This document shows positions 20,610-31,434 of a stretch of 64,000 bases of DNA, piece by piece. Position numbers and translations under genes: made by a program. Positions within the stretch are counted from its first letter, which is position 1. Each line of letters starts with the position of its first letter. The stretch is taken from IMG/VR virus record IMGVR_UViG_3300035698_024761; one strand, 5' to 3'. Source of the stretch: an uncultured virus (IMG/VR IMGVR_UViG_3300035698_024761). Lineage: Duplodnaviria; Heunggongvirae; Uroviricota; Caudoviricetes. A model generated the notes under the pieces. It made no database searches, was not told the origin of the DNA, and saw only the letters and a program-made list of their open reading frames with translations.

Positions 20610-21326
20610 TTATGTATCTTGATAAAGTTGAATGACCAGCTGCGCCGCTACTACCAGCTCCCTTGCCAATGAGGCTTGTTGCTCCGCGCTACGCGCCAGT
20701 TCGTCAGGATTGACATTGATTCCAAAATAACGGCACAGGGACCACAAGTCAAGATCCTTTTTGAAGTCAGCTGTCAACATCACATCAACAGGATCGTAGA
20801 CGCCTACAGGATCCTTCCAGAAGCGCACGGGCACCTGCACAAAGTCGTTCTGTTGTTTATTGTACCCCAACACTTCAAACGCAACCGTCCGCAGAATCTC
20901 CTTGATATTGAAGCCAAAGATAACTACCTGTGCCTCGCTATCGCCACGCGACAACGAATCTGAAAACTGCGTCGGATACGCATTCAGCAGACTTGCAAGG
21001 AACGGAATAGCCACAGTACCGCGATGACCAGGCTCGGGAGCCGTCTGGTTGAATAGCACTACGCCCTCGCGCGTTGCTATAAAAGCTGAGGTCAATACGC
21101 CGGTCATCGGCCTGTGAAACGGACCACCATTATAAGCACAAGCCGACTGATACCTGGCAATTTTTCGCTCAGCTTCCAGGCGGATACACTCTTTAGACAT
21201 AGATGACGGGATCTTAAATCGGCGGTCTGGCTTTACAGGACTAAGAAATTGCTCTCCGTCGTTTGCGCCATGGAGCGTTGCTCCAATAAAAATCGCCTCA
21301 CTTAGATTTTTTGACATCAATTGCAT
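20610..21326 (-). CDS. Hypothetical protein, possibly a degenerate 3'-5' exonuclease fold
   Basis: VVIFGFNIK...VYDPVDVM...DLWSLCRYFGI recall PolB-type exonuclease segments; catalytic acidic residues are not evident. Confidence 0.4.
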   Translation of the reverse strand: MQLMSKNLSEAIFIGATLHGANDGEQFLSPVKPDRRFKIPSSMSKECIRLEAERKIARYQSACAYNGGPFHRPMTGVLTSAFIATREGVVLFNQTAPEPGHRGTVAIPFLASLLNAYPTQFSDSLSRGDSEAQVVIFGFNIKEILRTVAFEVLGYNKQQNDFVQVPVRFWKDPVGVYDPVDVMLTADFKKDLDLWSLCRYFGINVNPDELARSAEQQASLARELVVAAQLVIQLYQDT

Positions 21327-21972
21327 CCCCTAACTCGTCGAGGCCGGTTCGCAGCACCCACGCAGCATCTGCAACATTATCGGCCCCTGTCGTGTGATAA
21401 CTCTCTACATCGAAATTGGTCTGGAATTCCAGATTGCAAGCTCGAATCATGTCTTCCTTATTAGCATTACCTTTGCCAGTAGCTCGCTTTTTGATTGTGC
21501 CGATAGGAATACCGGTACAATGCACATCGCGATCTTCGCACCACAATACGAGCGTCTGCTTAAAGGCGCCGATCAGCTCAGCAGACGTCGCCGCACGGGC
21601 AATGATACGACTGGCATTGAACCGTGTAACGGCCTCAGACGGGGTAAATTTGACATCTTCGTACCAGACTATGGTTGGCCTTACGGTATGCAGAAACTGG
21701 CGTAAACGAAGGAATCCGATGTTCCCCGTATCGTAGCGGCCAGACGAAAGATCCCATAATCCCATGAACCATGGATTAAACTCCCAAGTTCCATTGGGGT
21801 GTAGAATTGCAAAGGAATAGCCGCAAGCCGTCCCTAAATCTAGCCCTAGTGCTAGCTGCTCATCAACAGCGATGCCCCTACGCGGCTCAAATCTAGATGC
21901 GTCACGGAAACCACGCACGGAGCCGTGATCTACGTCGTTTTTTTTGGTTACTTTTGAAATGACGATCTCCAA
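21298..21972 (-). CDS. ruvC: RuvC-like Holliday junction resolvase
   Basis: LGLDLGTACG, WYEDV, IKKRATGKGNANKEDMI and DNVADAAWV. Confidence 0.8.
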   Translation of the reverse strand: MEIVISKVTKKNDVDHGSVRGFRDASRFEPRRGIAVDEQLALGLDLGTACGYSFAILHPNGTWEFNPWFMGLWDLSSGRYDTGNIGFLRLRQFLHTVRPTIVWYEDVKFTPSEAVTRFNASRIIARAATSAELIGAFKQTLVLWCEDRDVHCTGIPIGTIKKRATGKGNANKEDMIRACNLEFQTNFDVESYHTTGADNVADAAWVLRTGLDELGDAIDVKKSK

Positions 21973-22035
21973 GTCCTACAAGGAATCCTAAGATAAAGCA
22001 CAGTACGCCTATAAACGCAATGTACATGGCAATCC

Positions 22036-22959
22036 TTATTCTGATTGCAACACAGTCTGCGGCACAGAGCTTAACGGGTCGTGGATCTGATCCGCCACGC
22101 CCGCCAATTTACGATGCTCTTCAAACAAATAATGCAGCAAGATTGAATCCGCGCCAGCCCCGTGCAACTGCTCACGCGTAAGTCCCGACTTCTCGAAAAG
22201 CTGGTACTTCTGCTGGCAATGACCGTCCAAAGCCCACTTGACGCCGCGTCGTCGTAACGGGCCGATGCGCCAAGCAAATTGCTTCATCGTTTCTCCGGGC
22301 GTCGGCAAGGGATTATCCCTATCGGAAAGCTGACTGGCCTTTTCACAGATCCCCGCATCAAAAACGAGATTGGGCTGAAACATCCATTTGATGGCAAGAA
22401 AATTGTGGAAATGCGCCTGCATCAACTCAATGTCGAATTTCCAGCCATTCTGTGTGACCAGTACTTCCTTGCGCTCCTCAGCAGACTCTACTACATCAAG
22501 CAACTGCTGCAGCGCCTCAATAGGATCAATACCATGCTCGCGTAAATAGGCCGAAGTATGCTGGAACGCTTTGCCTTGGGCTCGCATGGCGCGTTCCGTA
22601 TTGACGAGCTCTTGCAAAAACTGCTCGCGACCAATACACCCTGTTTCCTCCCAGTTGATAGCTACCTCTTGAGTAGATACCAGCTGACGATCACGGATAA
22701 CGGACCAGCCAAACGTACAGATCATACTGTGCCGCGGCGACACCCTGGTTGGCGTAAGTACGCCATTAGTTTCCAGATCGATCGTAGTGTAGTTATCAGG
22801 GAACCTAAAAAGTCCCGCGAACTCCTGAAACCAGTAATTAGACATTATTGCAATCAGCTTATGGGCACGGTCCAGTGTCAGGACCCGGGTCATTTCCCCC
22901 AGGCGCCGTGGCGTTATTGCCGCTGGCGCCTGAGCCAGTATCATTACTTGTTTTGACAT
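22036..22959 (-). CDS. DEDDh (DnaQ-like) 3'-5' exonuclease
   Basis: IDLETNG, QNGWKFD and HGAGADS. Confidence 0.75.
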   Translation of the reverse strand: MSKQVMILAQAPAAITPRRLGEMTRVLTLDRAHKLIAIMSNYWFQEFAGLFRFPDNYTTIDLETNGVLTPTRVSPRHSMICTFGWSVIRDRQLVSTQEVAINWEETGCIGREQFLQELVNTERAMRAQGKAFQHTSAYLREHGIDPIEALQQLLDVVESAEERKEVLVTQNGWKFDIELMQAHFHNFLAIKWMFQPNLVFDAGICEKASQLSDRDNPLPTPGETMKQFAWRIGPLRRRGVKWALDGHCQQKYQLFEKSGLTREQLHGAGADSILLHYLFEEHRKLAGVADQIHDPLSSVPQTVLQSE

Positions 22960-25900
22960 TTAGTAGATCGCTAAAGCCCTCATCTATTTGAGTCATCATT
23001 TCAGCGAATGTTGCGGGCGGATCGTCACCTGGTTTGGTCAAATCCTTCACGCCCGCCCATACCGCTGCCAGAAATACCTGCCCAATTTTCGTATAGAAGG
23101 CAGTTTGAATAGCTGCAGGCTGCTCATCAAAACCCGTTGCACGCATAGCTTCCACGGGATTCACTTCGCGGATGATCGCATTGAACGCGTGTCCCAATTG
23201 GCCAGCGCCCTCTACAAGCTCCGCATACGTGATATGTTGCTCATCCATATATTGAATGAACCACGGCTCCCAAAACTTGGGATCCAATGCATGCATTGCG
23301 GCACGCATCAAATCTGGGCCGATATGCCCGACGTCTCTGCTACACGAATAATACTTACGGGTAGCATGCTCGCCTGCGAGCGGTTTCCATTGTAGTACCA
23401 TTTATAACTTCCTTGTCTAGACGCCGCACAGAATTGCAACAAGTGCGCGGGTTTCATCGGACATGCGACAAAAATAGTAGGGCATCGCCTATGCGGTTTC
23501 AATTGGCTTTTAGCCCTTATTATGGTCCAAACCCTCGCTCCGCGTCAAGCGCATCGAAGACTCCTTCAAGCTTTTGTCCTGACTATTCCTCATCGAGATT
23601 GGATAGCCAAACCCACGCCTGCACCCAAACACCGTCGTCGGCCACACTCACGCCAGCGCCCGCATCGACCGCTATAGCGTCGTCCGCGCCGTCAACATAT
23701 AGCATGCGGGCACGTGCAATCTCCGCAGAAGTCGCCTTTTCACGCTTGTCGTCAGTTACTACGCCCATATGTTTGCTTCTCAAAGATGGAAACGTGATGA
23801 CGTACGCAACGGACGGCGCACTTATACTGATCTATCGTATAGCACGGCGCCGGACCAGCGAGTATGCTGGCCATGTCCCCATCAAAACGCGCATGATGCC
23901 TGGCGCTCTCCATAACGATCTTCCACGCTTGTCGCTTTTTCATGCTAATCTCCAGCATTTATTGTGGCGACGCAACAGCCGGTTGCTCATTTTTATTCTC
24001 CACTTCGCTAAATTGTTTGAGGTCTCCGTATGTATCCTTGTGAGTCGCCGCCGGACATTCTAAATATCCGACCGGACAGGCATTGCATTCGACCTGAAAT
24101 CCCCGCGGACACTTCCAATCAATATGCATCCGCTTCTTTATAATACCGCGATTCCATTTCAACAGCCCCGACGTATAGCAGATATCGCTAAAACCGGGTC
24201 GCCGCTGATAGCATTTTTCAGGATCCATCAGGACCATGATACGCATATTAACCAGCTCGGACGGATGCTGATATGGATAACGGCCCCATGGCGCCGAGAA
24301 ACCTATTCGCCGGGCAATCATTCCCATAAACCCCATCGTCCAAAATTGCGTTAGAATCAGCGGACACGGCGTGCCCGCATATACCTGCAGCTTAAACAGC
24401 CCGCCGGCTCGCCCGTCGTACGTACGATGCCGCTGATAATCCAACACCTGCACGGGCACCCACTCTTTGGCGGCTTGACTCATCCACGGACGGCTCGGCA
24501 CGCCAGCTTGTAATCTTTCTAAATTGCCTACCAGTCGCCATACCGTTTCACGAATGACCTTTCGCGTAAGTGTGATACCCGCCAGATGATGAACGCTCTG
24601 CAAGACGGTATCGGACGTCACTTCCGGCAGTGCTATAGCGAACACGTGTACGAAATCAGCGAAATCCTCCCCTGTGAGCGCGTACCCGTGATAATCGCCT
24701 AACACATCGTCAGTAATGGTGTCCCTCTTCCGAAACACCCTCGAAAGGACATACTGCGGAACAACCACACCTGACTCGTACATAATTTACGCGACTCCCG
24801 CGAACGGATCTTCCAGGTCCTCGAGAAATTCCTCTGGAGTACAGATATCCGAGGTACTGCCGTCAATGACGTGCAAAATCACATCATCGTTTATGGGGTA
24901 GTAGGCTACATGCTGTCGCATCGCCACAAAGGCGAGTGGATCCGTCGAGACCGGTATCTCGACTTTAGGCAGGAACCTGTAGAAGTTGATGCTTATCCTG
25001 TCGAACTCTTCCCAGTCACCATTCGCGTTAAAATAATCGCACATTGCCGTCAGCATCGCAGCCAATCGTTGCAGCTTTCCATGATGCTCGCCCGTATCCG
25101 AACTAGCGATTACCATATGCTCTGCCACAGTCTCATCGCACCGCTTTTCCACAACGACAAGCGATAATATCGGGTTGTCTGGATCGTCTTCGTTTTGCCG
25201 CCACTCTACACGTAGCCCGTCCTTGCCCGTAGTAGGAACGCCAAATACATCGCGACGCTTGACATGCATCATCAGCTACCTTTCTGGGCGCGCGCAGCCG
25301 CCACAATTGACGACGCGCCTTCCCACGTACGACCAACGCCTTCCCACGCGCACATGTAAAGTTCGCCTGTATGGGCCGCGGCTCGCATGAACAGCGGAGC
25401 AAGCTCGCTAAGCTCTTCGCCGCACAACCCATTCAAATCGAGCTTGTATTCGCCGGGTGTTGACCCGTCCGTGGGAAACGTGATATTGATAAAGGGAAGC
25501 CGCGGCCGATCTGATGGCTCAGTAGCGTCCCAGCCCGCAGGATTTTGAGCGATTACCTGCAAATGCTTATGTATCTCGAGGAAATGATAGTAGGCAAGAC
25601 CTTGTCTGCTTACATCACGCATGATCTGCGCTAACCCGTTGTCGTACTCGGCTAGCGATAGCTGCCTTTCGGGTTGCGCTACAGGTGCGGCTGCGATCGG
25701 TACTGCGTCCATAAGATCTCCTTTGTCTATTGCAACTTTACGGCAAAACCGATCCAGAACCTGTAAGCCGCGATAACGGGCTGCAAATCCTCCACCGGAA
25801 TACCTACGATAGTGTGACTTCGTTCAACGCTAAGCGTATGTTCATCCAGCCGTCGCTGTAGATCCATAGCGCCCATAATCACCTGAGCGAGATCCTGACT

Positions 25901-26137
25901 GGCTGTACGATAAGGAAATAAAGGAACCCTAACCAGATCTCCGACACGTTGAATGGCCCAATCCTGTGCCTCGTTATTTGGCTGCTCAAAATTGAACTGC
26001 GACCGTCGGACGAGCCAAGTGCCGTCCTTGCGAGAGAAAATCAACTCGGGCGCCACCAGCTCATCAATGAACTTCGAGATATCCATAAACTCAGCAGTAT
26101 GCTGCATCATTTGTCTCCAGCAAGTGTGTCCATCCAA
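22859..26137 (-). other. String of hypothetical genes (22859-23401, 23583-23783, 23752-23958, 23959-24783, 24787-25272, 25272-25712, 25727-26137)
   Basis: Abutting minus-strand ORFs; 23959-24783 ends in a Cys cluster (CPRGFQVECNACPVGYLEC). Confidence 0.55.
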
Positions 26138-26922
26138 CTAGGAAATGCCGGCGAATAAGGCTGCCTGTCAGACGTATTTTTCCTGCCGTAATGAACGCCA
26201 TAACGAGACGTGCCGCCCGAAGCGCCCCTACGAGGAGCTTTTGACTTTCTTCCCTTATCATCAGCATTGATACACAGATGGCTATCAAACTGTCGCAGCC
26301 TGTAGCCCTGCTGATAACAAAGCGCTCCCAGCATAGTATCTCCACCCTCGTGCTGAAAATCAGGAGGTGGCCAATCCCACATCTCCAAGATCTCAGTCTT
26401 GATCGTCCACCAGCCGCCCGTGCAGAATCGAAACTTGCTTTGATGGGGCTTCCCGCCGTACCAGGGCTGATCCTCAATACATGCGCGCTCGTTTCCGGCA
26501 TAGGGCATCTCCCAAATATCGCCGAGCATATCAGCACGCGCCATACGCCCAGCCACTGAATCAAACCAATTCGCCGATGCGTAGTTAACGAGCCAGGAGT
26601 CGTCGTCGAACCACATGACATAGGGCGTACGGATTGGCTCCGGTTGTCGCAGTAGTTTCCGCATCAGCGGATACTTATAATATGGGGAGTCTCCAACGAC
26701 CATCGGCACGCTCGTCTCGCATATGTAGGCACCCCCTGCACCAAAAGCGCGGTCGCGATCAAGAACGTCCCGCGTGGCGTCACTAACGTTATTCAGCCCA
26801 ATACGCAAATCAAAATCGTGAAACCATACGGGCCGTGCGAGCGAATCGAGCAAACGCTTAGCAAGATCTGGATAATCTCCATATAACAAAACACAGACAG
26901 TGAAAGGCTTTACTGTACTCAT
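26107..26922 (-). CDS. GT-A fold (GT2-like) glycosyltransferase
   Basis: VCVLLYG start, YVMWFDDDSW (DxD), GGWW and HEGGD. Confidence 0.6.
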   Translation of the reverse strand: MSTVKPFTVCVLLYGDYPDLAKRLLDSLARPVWFHDFDLRIGLNNVSDATRDVLDRDRAFGAGGAYICETSVPMVVGDSPYYKYPLMRKLLRQPEPIRTPYVMWFDDDSWLVNYASANWFDSVAGRMARADMLGDIWEMPYAGNERACIEDQPWYGGKPHQSKFRFCTGGWWTIKTEILEMWDWPPPDFQHEGGDTMLGALCYQQGYRLRQFDSHLCINADDKGRKSKAPRRGASGGTSRYGVHYGRKNTSDRQPYSPAFPSWMDTLAGDK

Positions 26923-27734
26923 GCTGTAGTAAGCTTTCGCTTAATCAGTGTCTCGGTCTGCTCAAGCCGCTTCTGCAACTTCTGGCTTTCATTCTGCATA
27001 GCTTGCAGCCTTGCAAGCGTCGCCGACACACGGCTGAGCAAGGCATCAGACAGCTTATCAGGCGCTATCTGGTCGGCCTTATCAAACATGTCGAACTTGT
27101 CGCACATCCATGCGTGCTTAACGCGCCGCATGAAAGTTTCAGCCGAGCCGGTGATTTGAGCCAGTCCTGCGGGGACTGACTTGGGAACGGTGGTCGGCGG
27201 ACCGATTCCCTTTCTTCCCGTAGGGAAACGTTTACGGATCTCCTCATGAAGTTCGCGGGGAGACCAGGCTTTCGTCAACGCTTCCGTAGCCAACTCCAAT
27301 CTTGCCGCATTATTACCTACGGTCGCGAGGTGTGTAATGTGCGTCCAATTAAGGTGATTATCAAAATCACCGTGCAACTTACAGAACTTGTTAAAGCTAA
27401 CTCGCCCGGGAAACGCCTCTGCCACGCATACGGCATTGTAGAGCCGATTAGGTGACTTATGCCCTAACAGCGCCGTCGCCAGCCTCTCCATGAAATGATT
27501 GCCGTAGATCTTGCGATCCGTTTTCGCTTGCTCGCGAAGCGTGATCAGCTTTTTACCGAGGTCCCAAAACCACCAGAGATCGTCAATCGTCTTCTTGTCG
27601 ACGATTTTCTTCAGCTCCTCGTAGACCTTGAGCTCCTCGGCGTTGAACGATGCGATCGCTGTCGCTGGCATAATGTCAGTCGCGCGTACGATCGCTTCCT
27701 CCTCCACAAGGGACTGTGGAGTATGTTTAGCCAT
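26919..27734 (-). CDS. DUF1016/YhcG N-terminal-like DNA-binding protein
   Basis: WDLGKKL...YGNHFMERLA...LNWTHITHL...WSPRELHEEI pattern. Confidence 0.55.
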   Translation of the reverse strand: MAKHTPQSLVEEEAIVRATDIMPATAIASFNAEELKVYEELKKIVDKKTIDDLWWFWDLGKKLITLREQAKTDRKIYGNHFMERLATALLGHKSPNRLYNAVCVAEAFPGRVSFNKFCKLHGDFDNHLNWTHITHLATVGNNAARLELATEALTKAWSPRELHEEIRKRFPTGRKGIGPPTTVPKSVPAGLAQITGSAETFMRRVKHAWMCDKFDMFDKADQIAPDKLSDALLSRVSATLARLQAMQNESQKLQKRLEQTETLIKRKLTTA

Positions 27735-27743
27735 GATTACCTC

Positions 27744-28898
27744 CTAAACACGAAGAATTCCCGTGACAACTTTATAAGCTACATGCTCCAAAGCCTCCCG
27801 GTCTTTAAGACACATTCTATCCGCCATGCCGATCATCCGTAGAAACAAATCGTAGATGCATTTGTCCTGTAACTCTTGCGATCGACGTAACATGCCGTCT
27901 GTTCTATAATCCATAGGCTTGTTACTAACTGCCGCCAACGCTAACAGTTGTGCGGCGGAGTTACCCACACCACCCTGATACAAACGCTCAGCAATCTGCG
28001 CCACTCGCAATTGACGCTGGTCGACACTCTTAATAGCTGCGCCGCCAAGACTACATCGCAGCGAATGATCGTTCGCCCGAATAGCCACGTCTCGCCACTG
28101 GGCTGACGACCAAATAATGCCAGCTAAAATACGTCCCAGCTTCTTATTAAACTTTTTGCCTGCGTGCGCAAGGTGCTTCATGCTACCCAATGCCCGACAA
28201 GGCGTACCCGCTAGTTGCAATACCGGCGCAGCCCGTACACTACATTCACCCGCTTCGCTATTACTGAAGTAGTAGCCGCCGTGATAGGCATAATTCTCAT
28301 GATGGCCAAGATTGGCAATCCAAATCGGTTCCTTCGTAATGAAGGCCATCCCCAACCGTCGCCCGACAAGGATGGCATCAGAGAAGACCGCCGGGGGGTC
28401 TGCAACGGCCAACATATCGATCGCGACATCGAGTAGCTGATGATTAGGCAAGTATTTGTAGGAAGGACCTACAATGCCGTCAACTAGCCTTGTATGACTA
28501 TTCTTGATCAGCTTTCGGCCTTCTAGTGACTTGCCACCTGGCATGTAGAACCGCAGGCCAACACAGTCGTTGATGATCCTAATGGCCGCCTTAGGACTCA
28601 CCCAGCGACTTATTTCATTGGCAGTGCATCGCAGCCCGCCGACGTCGAGAACCACGTTATGCAGCCCCGCTGTCGTAGCAGCGCAAAGTTGCTGCAGTGC
28701 TAGCGATGACAGCCGATAGCCACCTGCAATCTCGCCATAATCGTTAAGCCGTACCTCGGACGTCGACGTCAATAGCTCCTGAATCGTCGAAGAATCCAGC
28801 GTATAAAGCAGCTTCCGCAACTCCTCCACATCCCGCGTGCCGAATCGCCTGGCGATCGCTGGAGGTACAATCGGGTACTGTAATTCTTTTGCTGACAA
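27744..28898 (-). CDS. DUF932-like phage protein
   Basis: GIVGPSYKYLPNHQLLD and YYFSNSEAGECSVRAAP. Confidence 0.5.
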   Translation of the reverse strand: MSAKELQYPIVPPAIARRFGTRDVEELRKLLYTLDSSTIQELLTSTSEVRLNDYGEIAGGYRLSSLALQQLCAATTAGLHNVVLDVGGLRCTANEISRWVSPKAAIRIINDCVGLRFYMPGGKSLEGRKLIKNSHTRLVDGIVGPSYKYLPNHQLLDVAIDMLAVADPPAVFSDAILVGRRLGMAFITKEPIWIANLGHHENYAYHGGYYFSNSEAGECSVRAAPVLQLAGTPCRALGSMKHLAHAGKKFNKKLGRILAGIIWSSAQWRDVAIRANDHSLRCSLGGAAIKSVDQRQLRVAQIAERLYQGGVGNSAAQLLALAAVSNKPMDYRTDGMLRRSQELQDKCIYDLFLRMIGMADRMCLKDREALEHVAYKVVTGILRV

Positions 28899-28904
28899 GA
28901 AAGT

Positions 28905-29946
28905 TCACCAACTGTTGGGAGGTCCCAACACCTCCAGGAAATCAGATAGCTCCTCCATAAAGTGGAGGCGATGATCGTGGCCGATTCTCCAAAATCGCCC
29001 GCTTTTCCCTAGTGTATCGGGCTCTCGATTGTGGAATATCTTGAATTTACCATATCCGACCCACGAAAACACTAGGCCGGCAACGCCAGTGCCCGCGAAC
29101 TGCTCGGGCACGTCCTCGAAGATTTGCTTAAACTCCCTGTAGACAGCGGTTTTAGTGATCCGTTGATCGAGATCTGCTGCTAAATTCGGATTGGGTGGTA
29201 GCCGCTTTGGCACAATCCAGAGCGGGAAGTTGCACACCTCGACCAGCGCCTCAATCATAAGCTTGCCGTGAGCGGCAAACTGCTCCATGGCAGGCACCTG
29301 AGGATATAGCCCGCATTTGGCAACGATGTACCTAACTACCGCGGCTTCGTAGCCCCACGCCCTATCCTCCAGGATCTCGTCCCAAGAAGGGCGGATGCTA
29401 GCAATGTCATTTGGACTATGACACATGGATCGCTTCCTCCGCCGCCCGTAGAGTACTGAACGCGTTCTCGAATAACACCGTCGCGTGGCGATGATAAAGA
29501 CCTGCCCACCGCTCTACAGTAACGAGAAGCCCGTACCGCGTTACCGCAAACGCGGTTCGCGCCACAATCCGACACGTCGAAGCACGCTCGATCGCCCAAA
29601 ACTTCAAAGGCAAATCGTCAATAACATAACCATCGGCCAACATAAACGCATGCCGGATCGCGGTATCGCCGCCCCTTTTCAAGTCGACAATCCGTCGATG
29701 CAACTGTCGATTGTACGCCATGGCAATTTCGATGACCGCCTCCAAGTCGGCAACCCGCAAGCGCAGCCGTCGAGCATAGTACCCGACTTCCTCGCCAAAC
29801 GCGATGTCGCCCTTGAATTCGCTGGCCCAGGTCTCCGCAGATCGCATGCGGTCATCGGCGATCTTTGTCAGCTCGTCGATTCTGCTATGCATTTTATCAC
29901 TAGTCGCCAGCATAACCTGTATATCGTTTTGCAAAGTCGTAGGCAT
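28905..29946 (-). other. Two hypothetical genes (28905-29426, 29416-29946)
   Basis: Overlapping minus-strand ORFs downstream of recA. Confidence 0.55.
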
Positions 29947-29951
29947 GTTTT

Positions 29952-31352
29952 CTACACCCCTTCATCGGCGTCTGTCGGTGCTACGCCTGCCGCGGCGCCT
30001 AAATCACACGCCTGCTTCTGCAGCTCTTGGGCGCGCCGTACCAAATCGTCAGCAACGTCTGCTTGCTGCGCTACATGGGCATATGTCTCGATCTGCTGTA
30101 GATAATCGACACCTGGCCGGAAAAATGGTCGCCGAGTAATACCGAGCGGCCCGTACAAGTCGGATAGCACATCCGTCGTCTGCTCAAGGAGCACGCCAAG
30201 CTCATGGGCGGACATAGCATCCGCGGACGGCACGCCCAATCGATTCGACCACCACAGTTTGCCAGCACTACCGCCAGCTTTCTCGTGGAAATCGCAAATC
30301 TCTTTGATCTTTGGCAGCAGCCTATCCTGCGCGCTTTTTCGCATGCCAACGCCTTTCGCCAACAAAAGCACTGACGCCTCCCACCACTCGAAACGACTGT
30401 GCAATCGCAATAGACCAGGTGCGTCTTCTTGCATCCACGTCTTGAACCGCACATGGATACGAACCCGATCGGGACCGTAGGAGTTCTTATAGGTCTGCAG
30501 GGCCAAATCAACGGCCTTGTAGGTTGCAAACTCCTTGATCATGCCGAGCTTCGCCATCTCAATTTCCATGGCTTGCTGGAATTTTAACGCCCATCCGCCG
30601 GGAATCGTACGATCGACCATACCAGTCATCTGATCGATGGCGGCCTTAAGATGATTGACGCCAATGAACGTAAACGGCCAGCCCAATAATTTCTGGGGAT
30701 AGGCCTTCATCCATTTCGAAATCAGCATCGCCTCAAGCGCAAATTCGCGGGAGGCGTGGCCTGTCTCCGCGATCTTCTTGATCGTATGTCTGCTAGCTTT
30801 GCCGGTCAGCGAATCAACGATAAGACAGATAGGCACAGTTCTGCCTGGCCCATCGGCTTGCTCCATGCGCTTTATCAGCGCCTCGGTAGTCCACCAGGTT
30901 TTCTGCTGCCAATCTTCCAGGCATGCGCAGTTCTCGACATGGCAGGCGTTTTCGTCCCAATTCAAAACGGACATGCGCAAATCCGGCGTTTGTTTCGTCT
31001 CCGCTTCGTTTAGCTGGCCAAAACCACCACACATACGATGCCATCTTAAGACCTCGATAGTGAAGGTTGATTTATAGGACGCCTCTGGGCCGACCACTTG
31101 ATAGACACAACTCAGCGGCCAACCCTCATTCTGCAGCAAATAGCGAACAGCAAGTGCCGGAACGGGCAATACATGAATCAGCGAATCATTACCAATTAGC
31201 GTACCAACCCTAGACATCTTCTTCTCAACATCCTTTACCACCGTCTCCAGCAATGCGTCAGCTCGAAGCGATCGCTTGCTGAGTGGATCCGTATATGCAA
31301 CCGTTACGGGTGTAGCTTTCGTCTTCTTTTTAGCCATCGTAAATTTCTCCAA
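29952..31352 (-). CDS. recA: RecA/UvsX-like recombinase
   Basis: GPEASYKST (Walker A-like), LIVDSLTG, FIGVNHLK and PGGWALKF. Confidence 0.8.
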   Translation of the reverse strand: MEKFTMAKKKTKATPVTVAYTDPLSKRSLRADALLETVVKDVEKKMSRVGTLIGNDSLIHVLPVPALAVRYLLQNEGWPLSCVYQVVGPEASYKSTFTIEVLRWHRMCGGFGQLNEAETKQTPDLRMSVLNWDENACHVENCACLEDWQQKTWWTTEALIKRMEQADGPGRTVPICLIVDSLTGKASRHTIKKIAETGHASREFALEAMLISKWMKAYPQKLLGWPFTFIGVNHLKAAIDQMTGMVDRTIPGGWALKFQQAMEIEMAKLGMIKEFATYKAVDLALQTYKNSYGPDRVRIHVRFKTWMQEDAPGLLRLHSRFEWWEASVLLLAKGVGMRKSAQDRLLPKIKEICDFHEKAGGSAGKLWWSNRLGVPSADAMSAHELGVLLEQTTDVLSDLYGPLGITRRPFFRPGVDYLQQIETYAHVAQQADVADDLVRRAQELQKQACDLGAAAGVAPTDADEGV

Positions 31353-31434
31353 AAGAAACAGGGACCCGCCCGAATGATAACCATTCGGACGGGGCCCCCT
31401 ATATCTTAACGCCTCTCATCGACACGCGTGTTAG

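Noticed and set aside
20105..20672. Plus-strand ORFs over array 1 (also 60225-60718, 60939-61205, 61364-61570)
   Set aside because: They are translations of the 47-nt repeat, whose period is not a multiple of 3 (recurring AKYVKA/PNMLRQ/GF motifs in shifting frames); not credible genes.
21298..21972. RuvC as a TasR-type effector of array 1
   Set aside because: It has the canonical resolvase motifs and no Nop-like domain.
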